Shown here one piece after another: positions 8,421-14,613 of a stretch of 14,613 bases of DNA; positions within the stretch are counted from its first letter, which is position 1, and every line of letters begins with the position of its first letter. Below the pieces are notes generated by a model that had not been told where the DNA came from, did not search any database, and worked only from the letters and a program-made list of their open reading frames with translations. The position numbers were made by a program, and so were the translations under genes. Source of the stretch: Candidatus Velthaea sp. (GTDB lineage: Bacteria > Vulcanimicrobiota > Vulcanimicrobiia > Vulcanimicrobiales > Vulcanimicrobiaceae); the NCBI GenBank assembly GCA_050012475.1, contig JBEKHC010000115.1:1-14613 (forward strand), written 5' to 3'.

Positions 8421-9236
8421 ATGATCGACGTTCACACCCATCTGCATCCGCCGCGTTTGTCCGCCGCTATTCGACGCTGGTTCGACGAGCGCAGTTCGTG
8501 GCGCATCGTCCATCCGACGGAACCGCGCGCGGTGGCGGCCGCCTTGCGGGCGGCCGGCGTCGAACGCTTCGTCTTTTGCAGCTATGCGCATAAGCCCGGC
8601 ATGGCAGCAGAACTCAACGCTTGGCTGGCGCAAACATCCCGCGACCTCGACGCTTACGGCTTGCCGCTTGCGACCGTGCATCTCGACGATCCGAACCCAC
8701 TCGCCGACCTGCGCGGCGCTCTTGACGATGGCTGCATCGGTCTCAAGATCCATGAAGACGTGCAGCGGTTTGCCGCCGACGACCCGCGGATGGATGCGCT
8801 CTATGCGGAGCTTGCCGCGCGCGATGCGTTTGCGCTCATCCACGTCGGGCCCATTCCGTGGGATCACAAAACAAACGACGGGCCGCGCCGCATTGCAACG
8901 ATTCTCGCCCGTCATCCGCGACTGCGCCTTGTGGTCGCGCACCTCGGCGTTCCGGATACGTTAGCGTTCTTTGCGCTCGCGCAGCGTTTCCCCAACTTCC
9001 TTCTCGACACGACGATGGCATTCGTTTCACCTGACTTGCTCACGACGGCCAGGGGCTCAGACGTCGAAGCCGCGGCTGGCGCGGTCGTGTACGGCAGCGA
9101 CTATCCGAACATTCCGTATCCCTACGCCGCCGAGCGTGATGCGCTCGAAGCGCTCGGCCTGTCGACCGCGGCACGCCGTGCCATCCTCTTCGAAAACGCA
9201 CGCCGCCTAAGCCCCAAGCTCGCAGCGTTGAAATAG
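8421..9236 (+). CDS. Metal-dependent amidohydrolase (Amidohydro_2 type), 271 aa
   Basis: IDVHTH (HxH), GLKIH, ALIHVG, VVAHLG and YGSDYP motifs, with the typical C-terminal ILFENARRL. Confidence 0.9.
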   Translation: MIDVHTHLHPPRLSAAIRRWFDERSSWRIVHPTEPRAVAAALRAAGVERFVFCSYAHKPGMAAELNAWLAQTSRDLDAYGLPLATVHLDDPNPLADLRGALDDGCIGLKIHEDVQRFAADDPRMDALYAELAARDAFALIHVGPIPWDHKTNDGPRRIATILARHPRLRLVVAHLGVPDTLAFFALAQRFPNFLLDTTMAFVSPDLLTTARGSDVEAAAGAVVYGSDYPNIPYPYAAERDALEALGLSTAARRAILFENARRLSPKLAALK

Positions 9237-9287
9237 TAGTAAAGCATCGCTGGGGCAACAACATCCGACGTCGTGCCGTCGCGGTCA

Positions 9288-9309
9288 AGCGGCGGCAAAT
9301 CAACTACCG
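9288..9309. repeat. Left copy of a 22-bp imperfect direct repeat
   Basis: AGCGGCGGCAAATCAACTACCG, matching 14380-14401 at 20/22 positions. Confidence 0.7.
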
Positions 9310-9357
9310 TGGTGCAGCAGCGTGGTGCAGCGGCACCGCGATTTTGGACGCGACTGA

Positions 9358-10263
9358 TCAAACAGAGGGCACGGCGAGGATCTGTCGTGCAAGTACCCCG
9401 GCCTTGCTGCAAACCAGATCTCGGATTTCGATGACGCGCTCGAGAGGTTGGTCTTTCGGATCAGCCAGTCCCCAGTCGTCATCGACCCGCGGGACACCCT
9501 CGACGTCACAGCCCATGGTGATGATCCGGTCGGCTCGGGCGGCGAGGACCGGATCGATGAGTTTCGGCTGCGCCTTGGAGATATCCATACCGATCTTTGC
9601 CATCGCCGCGACCACGCCCGGATTCGGCCGATCCGCCGGAATGGTGCCGGCAGAGAAAACCTCGATATCGTTCCCGGCGAAGCGGCGCAAGAACGCTTCG
9701 GCCATCTGACTGCGACCGGTATTGTGCCGGCACACGAAAAGCACCACCGGCTTGAGGATCTTCTCCATCGCCACGACGTCGACGAATCGGCCGTCGAGCC
9801 GCCCTTGCTCGATAAAGACGCCGACTTGACGATACCCAAACTTCCGATACAAACCTAAGCTGCCCACGTTGCCAGACAACGCGAAGAGCACGATCTTATG
9901 AAAGCCGTGCTCCTTAGCACGCCTCTCAAGCGCACCGAGCAGTGTCGAACCCACGCCGGTGCCCCGAGCGTGACGCGCGACGTAAATCGACAGGTCGGCG
10001 ACGAAATTAAAAGCGCAGCGATGGGAATACGGGTTCAGCGCTGCCCACGCCAAAATGTTTGCCGCTTTATCCTCGGCCACGAGAACCGCGTAGCGATCGC
10101 CGTGGTCAGACCACCACCCGCTCATGTCGTCAACGGACTTGGGCGTGTCATCGAGCGTGGCGATGCGATCTTGAATCCCCTCGTTGTAGATGCGGCGGAT
10201 CGCGGTCAAGTCGTCGACGGTCGCATTACGGATGGGCGGGAGAACGGACGGCGTCGTGAGCAC
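9358..10263 (-). CDS. Fusion of an ArsN1-type GNAT N-acetyltransferase and an LMW-PTPase-fold arsenate reductase (ArsC) domain, about 301 aa
   Basis: GNAT part: IYNEGIQDRIATL, ADLSIYVARHARGTGVGSTLL, GFHKIVLF, EQGRLDGRFVDVVAMEKIL. ArsC part: VLFVCRHNTGRSQMAEAF (CX5R), SAGT, IITMGC, DWGLADP. The GTG at 10263 has GGAGG 6 nt upstream. One continuous frame. Confidence 0.88.
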   Translation of the reverse strand: MLTTPSVLPPIRNATVDDLTAIRRIYNEGIQDRIATLDDTPKSVDDMSGWWSDHGDRYAVLVAEDKAANILAWAALNPYSHRCAFNFVADLSIYVARHARGTGVGSTLLGALERRAKEHGFHKIVLFALSGNVGSLGLYRKFGYRQVGVFIEQGRLDGRFVDVVAMEKILKPVVLFVCRHNTGRSQMAEAFLRRFAGNDIEVFSAGTIPADRPNPGVVAAMAKIGMDISKAQPKLIDPVLAARADRIITMGCDVEGVPRVDDDWGLADPKDQPLERVIEIRDLVCSKAGVLARQILAVPSV

Positions 10264-10960
10264 GCAAAACCTCCGGCGGAGCGACGACCGCTGGTGCGAT
10301 CGTCTTCGAGAACGGCATGAGATACGCAAAGAGCGCGGTGGCGGCGACTGCACCGAGCAACTGCGCGATGATGAAGACCGGAGCGTCGATCGGTCGTATG
10401 CCGGCGAACGTGTCGCTGAGCGATCGCGCAATCGTTACGGCGGGGTTAGCAAACGAGGTCGACGACGTAAACCAGTAGGCGCCGACAATATACGCGGCGA
10501 CGGCCAATGGTGTCATCGTGGGCTTCGATCTGGAACAGCCCCAAATGATGGACAGCAGGCCGAACGTCGCGACGAACTCGCCCAGCCATTGCCCACTGCC
10601 GGTCCGGACGCGATGCGACGCAAAGAAGATCGGCAGCCCGAACATGAGATTCGCGCTCGCGACGCCCGCGAGAGAGCCAACGACTTGCGCTCCGATGTAG
10701 GCCGGAACGTCACGCCAGCCGATGCCGTGCTGCCAGGCATCGACGATCGTCACGGCCGGATTGAGATGCGCGCCGGAGATCGGTCCAAAGGCCAGGATGA
10801 TCGCCCCAAGCGCAGAGCCGGTCGCGATCGTATTTGCGAGCAGGGCGATCGCGACGTTGCCGCCGGACAGCCGCTGTGCCATGATGCCCGATCCGACGAT
10901 CGCGGCGAGCAGCAAGGCGGTGCCGACCGCTTCGGCCGTTGCACGGCGCGCTAGGTTCAC
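10226..10960 (-). CDS. aqpS: MIP/aquaporin channel, AqpS-type arsenic channel, about 244 aa
   Basis: AEAVGTALLLAAIVGSGIMA, ISGAHLNPAVT and AYWFTSSTSFANPAVT give two NPA motifs. The GTG at 10960 lies 1 nt after the arsI stop, in ars operon context. Confidence 0.88.
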   Translation of the reverse strand: MNLARRATAEAVGTALLLAAIVGSGIMAQRLSGGNVAIALLANTIATGSALGAIILAFGPISGAHLNPAVTIVDAWQHGIGWRDVPAYIGAQVVGSLAGVASANLMFGLPIFFASHRVRTGSGQWLGEFVATFGLLSIIWGCSRSKPTMTPLAVAAYIVGAYWFTSSTSFANPAVTIARSLSDTFAGIRPIDAPVFIIAQLLGAVAATALFAYLMPFSKTIAPAVVAPPEVLRAHDAVRSPAHP

Positions 10961-10961
10961 T

Positions 10962-11402
10962 TCAGCAGCACGCCAGCGAAGCCGCCGCGGTCGCCGCTTC
11001 GGTTTTGCAGCAGGTCGTCGCGTCGTTATCGCGTTCTCCGACCTCCTCGGTAACGTAGTAGGTTTCCCAGCGTCGTCCATCGGGATCCGTCGCCCAGACC
11101 TTGTTTTGAACGGCATAGCAGCAGGTCTGTGTCGTTTCGACCTCGATCGGATAGCCAGCAGCCCGAAGACGCACGATCGCTTCGTCGACGTCTTCGGGTC
11201 TGTCGACCGCGACGCCGTAATGGGCGCCTTCAAGGACGTTGGTTTCGGCGTTATGATCCAACGCGAGTTCCAGGCCCGGCTCGTCGCACACGAAGAGCGC
11301 ATAGTCGGCGAAGTGCTTCGTTGGTTCGGCCGACAGCAGCCTACGATAGAATGCAACGCTGGCATCGAGATCGCGAGTCGCCAGGTTGAGATGCATTTTC
11401 AT
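10962..11402 (-). CDS. arsI: ArsI/CadI family VOC metalloenzyme (probable C-As lyase), 146 aa
   Basis: MHLNL, AHYG, TCCYAVQNKVWATDPDGRRWETY supply His/His/Glu ligands and a vicinal CC. ATGA overlap with arsR. Confidence 0.87.
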   Translation of the reverse strand: MKMHLNLATRDLDASVAFYRRLLSAEPTKHFADYALFVCDEPGLELALDHNAETNVLEGAHYGVAVDRPEDVDEAIVRLRAAGYPIEVETTQTCCYAVQNKVWATDPDGRRWETYYVTEEVGERDNDATTCCKTEAATAAASLACC

Positions 11403-11731
11403 GCGAGAACCTTCACGGGGAGGACCGACGTGAGCGCCGCCTCGAGGCGAACGCGTGCGTCGCCGGCGAGCGAGTAGTAGCCCCAGGTGCCACGCCGGAC
11501 CGATGTAAGCAGGCCGGCATCCTTCAGCAGTTTGAGGTGATGCGAGACCGTCGACTGATTGAGGGCGAGTCCCGAGGTGAAGTCGCAGACGCAGACCTCA
11601 TGGTCAGTGCGCGCTAACGTCGCCAGAATTGCGACCCGAGCAGGATCGCCAAGCGCTTTGAACAGCGCCGCCTCGTCGGTAAGATCGCGGTCGTAAACCG
11701 GGGTCCCCGGACAGCACCTCTGTATCGACAT
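11399..11731 (-). CDS. arsR: ArsR/SmtB family As(III)-responsive repressor, 110 aa
   Basis: FKALGDPARVAIL, EVCVCDF and QSTVSHHLKLLKDAGLL..RRGTWGYYSL, plus an N-terminal CC. First gene of the ars cluster. Confidence 0.92.
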   Translation of the reverse strand: MSIQRCCPGTPVYDRDLTDEAALFKALGDPARVAILATLARTDHEVCVCDFTSGLALNQSTVSHHLKLLKDAGLLTSVRRGTWGYYSLAGDARVRLEAALTSVLPVKVLA

Positions 11732-11767
11732 ATATCGATCCTAGACTATTGAATCGGTAATTGTCAA
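11724..11767 (-). promoter_or_regulatory. ars promoter (leaderless) with an overlapping ArsR-type operator
   Basis: Minus strand: TTGACA (11767-11762), 18 nt, TAGGAT (11743-11738), 6 nt, then ATG. The inverted repeat ATCGA-N6-TCGAT (11724-11739) spans the start codon. Confidence 0.75.
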
Positions 11768-12134
11768 TCCAACAACTCGGACACCCCAGGTCGGCGCGTC
11801 GCGCCTGCCCTTGCGGAGCCGGCAAAGCGGCGGAGAGGCAATCGGCCGGATCTGCAGCGCTTCTTCGTCCTCAGGCGCATACTGTCGCTGCGAGGAGCCC
11901 CAAAACTGATGACCGGCATGAACACGAAGTGGGGCTTGCCGTAACGTGGGTCGGATCTTCGCGCGTGAAAATGCGCGCGCCAGGACCTTTGATCGCGGCA
12001 GCCGTTCAAATGCAAAGCGATGGAAAACATCGGTCTAGGTGTCACGCTGAGCCTAATCATCGGCTTCCGCCGGGAATTTTTGGGTAAGCGGAGGCGTCCT
12101 CGCTGAGGTGATGAGCGAATGTGGCTTTTGCGGT

Positions 12135-12813
12135 TCATACGAGCAGGCAAGACTCGGAGACGATTGCCCGCAGATGTGGATTTTGACTGTTTTGGATCGC
12201 GCTTACATCGAGCATCTCGACGGGCTGGCCGTCGTCGATCACGAGCGCTTTTTTGCACAGCGCCATGACATCGGCAAGATTCTGGGTAGCAAGGACCAAG
12301 ACGCAGCCCGAACGCGCGATATAGTCGCCGACCAGCGCTCGCAGCTCCGGTCGGCCATCCGCATCGACGTTTGCGAACGGCTCGTCGAGAAAGAGCATAT
12401 CCGGTTCGAGCGCCAGAGCGCGCGCGAGCGCTAGGCGCTGGCGTTGACCCGACGAGAGTCGCCGTGCATCAAAGACTCATCACGTTACCCAGCTCAACGC
12501 TTGCCAATATCTGGTGCGCGCGCACGTGAGCTGTAGCTTGGTCCAAACCCAGCGCTGCACTGGTGACCGCGGCAATGTTCCAAACGACAGAGCCGCGCAG
12601 AACGGCAGGTTGCGCAAAGACGCCCGCGCAGCGTCCCGACCGTTCGACGATTCCGGTATGTTTGAGCAGCCCTTGAAGCGCCAGCAGCAGCGTCGATTTC
12701 CCGGCGCCGTTGCGTCCGAGAAGCGCGATGCCGCCAGCATCGGCATCGAAGGCGTCCACGCAAAGCCGGAAGCAATCACGCTGGGCTACGAGCCCGCGGA
12801 CGCTTATCGCCAT
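12135..12813 (-). pseudogene. tupC: ABC transporter ATPase (TupC-like) split by a +1 frame change at 12468-12474; pseudogene, sequencing error or recoded gene
   Basis: The first frame (12813-12469) has Walker A GRNGAGKST and stops at CTT TGA. Skipping one base gives [36 protein letters not shown] (signature plus Walker B), ending at 12135. The joined product is about 225 aa. Confidence 0.85.
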
Positions 12814-13448
12814 CGCGTTTGCAGAACCAGCGCTCCGCCAGCGACGATCGCGACGATCCCCAGCAGAACGGCGACATCGGCAAACGCAGCACCGAACTCG
12901 CCTTTGCCGACCTCCAGCATCGTTGCCGTGGTGAGGACGCGCGTTTGTCCTTCGATATTCCCGCCGGTCATTTGCGCTGCGCCGACCTCGGCGATCGCGC
13001 GCCCGAAGCCCGCCAACATTGCCGCCGCAAGTCCGGGAATCGTCTCGCGGCCTAGCAGTCCGATCCGGTTTCGCAGCGGAACGCCGAGGGCGACAAGTTG
13101 ATCGTTCAGTGACGTATCCACGGCGCGAAGCGCCAAGACCGCGAGCGTTCCAATCAGCGGCGTAATGACGATCGTCTGCGCGATGACCATCGCTGCCGGC
13201 GTATAGAGCAGATCCAGGCCCCCCAACGGGCCGCTACGCCAGCATGCGAAGGCGACGGCGAGCCCAACCGCGACCGGTGGCAGCCCGAGGCCTAAATTAA
13301 AAACGCCGAGCAGTATCATCCGCCAAGGACTTTGGCCATAGACGATCCACAGCGCGCCGGCGAGCGCGAAGCCAGCCGCAATCAGCGTCGCGGCAAGCGA
13401 GACCCCGACTGACCGCGCCGCGATCTCAAGCATGGACGTGTGCCGCAC
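12804..13448 (-). CDS. tupB: Tungstate ABC transporter permease (TupB-like)
   Basis: GLPPVAVGL, RSGPLGGLDLLYTPAAMVIAQ and FGRAIAEVGAAQMTGGNIEGQTRVLTT. The start is either GTG 13448 (just after the tupA stop) or ATG 13433. Confidence 0.88.
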   Translation of the reverse strand: MRHTSMLEIAARSVGVSLAATLIAAGFALAGALWIVYGQSPWRMILLGVFNLGLGLPPVAVGLAVAFACWRSGPLGGLDLLYTPAAMVIAQTIVITPLIGTLAVLALRAVDTSLNDQLVALGVPLRNRIGLLGRETIPGLAAAMLAGFGRAIAEVGAAQMTGGNIEGQTRVLTTATMLEVGKGEFGAAFADVAVLLGIVAIVAGGALVLQTRWR

Positions 13449-13449
13449 G

Positions 13450-14280
13450 CTAGGGCCCAGAGACGACAGCCGCGCCGGCATCCGCGGTGAAGAGTGGCCG
13501 GCCGAAACGCTCCTTTCCGTACCCAGCGATGATCTGCTGGCCTGGTGCAGACACCACATAGTTGGCGAACGCTGCGCCACCGGCGAGATTGGTTGCGCGA
13601 CCAGGAATCGGCTTGACGACAATGACGTGATAAATGTTGCGCAGGCCTTTGGCGTCTTCAAGCGCGGGAACGAGATCAAGCGTCCCGCGCTGTGAGAGAT
13701 AGGTTCCGTCGTCGGTGAGCGTATAGGCGTCCTTTTGCGAGGCGATGTGCAGCGTGTCGGCCATCCCGCTCCCGGCCTTCATGTACGCTGCACCCTGCGG
13801 CGGGGCGCCGGCAGCCTGCCAGAGCTCGAGTTCCTTTTTGTTGGTCCCGGAATTGTCCGCGCGCGACACGAACGCTGCGCCCGACGCGGCAATCCGCCTG
13901 AAGGCTTCGAGCGCGGACGTCGCACCTCGCACGTGCGCCGGATCCGACGCAGGCCCCACCACAATGAAGTGATTATACATCACGGCTCGGCGACTGAGGC
14001 CGCGCCCGTCAGCCATGTATGCTTCCTCCGCCTTGGGAGCGTGAACGAGCAGTACGTCGGCGTCGCCTTTCTCGCCCATTTTCAAAGCTGCACCGGTGCC
14101 AAGCGCGATCGTCTTCACCGTGTAGCCCGTCGACCGCTCAAACGCCGGAACCAGCGCATCAAGTAAGCCAGTGTCTTGTGTGCTCGTCGTGGTGGCCAGG
14201 ATCACTGCCGGCGCGGCCAGGCCGGGGGACGGCAATGCAATTCCGAGCACCAACCACAGGGCGAGCGTAAAATAACGCAT
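13450..14280 (-). CDS. tupA: Tungstate ABC transporter substrate-binding protein (TupA-like), 276 aa
   Basis: N-terminal signal peptide, the ATTTS TupA signature, GTGAAL, DADVLLVHA, FVSRADNSGT and YTLTD. Confidence 0.9.
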   Translation of the reverse strand: MRYFTLALWLVLGIALPSPGLAAPAVILATTTSTQDTGLLDALVPAFERSTGYTVKTIALGTGAALKMGEKGDADVLLVHAPKAEEAYMADGRGLSRRAVMYNHFIVVGPASDPAHVRGATSALEAFRRIAASGAAFVSRADNSGTNKKELELWQAAGAPPQGAAYMKAGSGMADTLHIASQKDAYTLTDDGTYLSQRGTLDLVPALEDAKGLRNIYHVIVVKPIPGRATNLAGGAAFANYVVSAPGQQIIAGYGKERFGRPLFTADAGAAVVSGP

Positions 14281-14379
14281 CTAAAGCGCATTGCGCGGCC
14301 GCGCGAGCGAGTCCCGCCCGCGCGAAATCGAGCTCAACCGCGCCCTCGATGGCAAAGCCAAGCCGTCAACGCCAGCAGG

Positions 14380-14401
14380 AGCGGCGGCAAATCGACCACC
14401 G
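14380..14401. repeat. Right copy of a 22-bp imperfect direct repeat
   Basis: AGCGGCGGCAAATCGACCACCG, matching 9288-9309 at 20/22 positions. Confidence 0.7.
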
Positions 14402-14436
14402 CGTGAGATTCTCAAGGCGAGGGAGCATCCGATGAC

Positions 14437-14613
14437 CTAAGAGCCGGCGGTACGAACCTCGGCGACGTCGCCGAACCAGTAAGCCGCGGTGACGCCACCG
14501 TCCATTAGGACGTCGCTGCCGGTTATGAAGCCGCCGTCAGGACCGATGAGCAGCGCCGCTACGCTTGCGACTTCGTCCGGCGTGCCGGCGCGCTTCGCCG
14601 AAGATCCTTCGAT
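14437..14613 (-). CDS. 3' end of a classical SDR oxidoreductase (partial, runs off the window)
   Basis: Manual translation gives IEGSSAKRAGTPDEVASVAALLIGPDGGFITGSDVLMDGGVTAAYWFGDVAEVRTAGS*, a typical SDR C-terminus (GTPDEVA..FITG..DGG). Confidence 0.85.
   Translation of the reverse strand: MEGSSAKRAGTPDEVASVAALLIGPDGGFITGSDVLMDGGVTAAYWFGDVAEVRTAGS

Noticed and set aside
11764..12258. 164-aa minus-strand ORF between tupC and arsR
   Set aside because: It overlaps tupC and the ars -35 box and is Arg-rich with no family signal. A decayed gene here cannot be excluded but is unsupported.
12469..12471. The TGA in tupC read as selenocysteine or by readthrough
   Set aside because: The conserved ABC motifs continue in the +1 frame, not in frame with the TGA.
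14281..14436. Moco/tungsten-cofactor riboswitch or ModE/TunR site upstream of tupA
   Set aside because: I could not match the expected conserved elements by eye. An Rfam scan would settle it.

Overview
GC-rich bacterial accessory region with a mosaic layout. From left to right: (1) a coupled three-gene yagTSR/paoABC-type molybdo-flavoenzyme operon (2Fe-2S, FAD and Mo subunits; no Tat leader); (2) a divergent SDR-epimerase/TetR pair with two 21-bp operator palindromes; (3) a 5'-truncated PhnB-like VOC gene remnant missed by the ORF track, followed by a long stem-loop; (4) a benzoylformate-decarboxylase-like ThDP enzyme; (5) an amidohydrolase_2 gene; (6) an organoarsenical-type ars operon on the minus strand (leaderless arsR, arsI/cadI, aqpS-type aquaporin, and an ArsN1 acetyltransferase-ArsC fusion); (7) a tupABC tungstate ABC transporter whose ATPase is split by a +1 frame change at CTT-TGA-T, the same core as the prfB programmed frameshift; (8) the 3' end of a classical SDR gene. 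A 22-bp imperfect direct repeat (20/22) brackets the ars+tup block. All family calls come from motif recognition by eye; no searches were run. I saw no rRNA, tRNA, CRISPR array, transposase or integrase.
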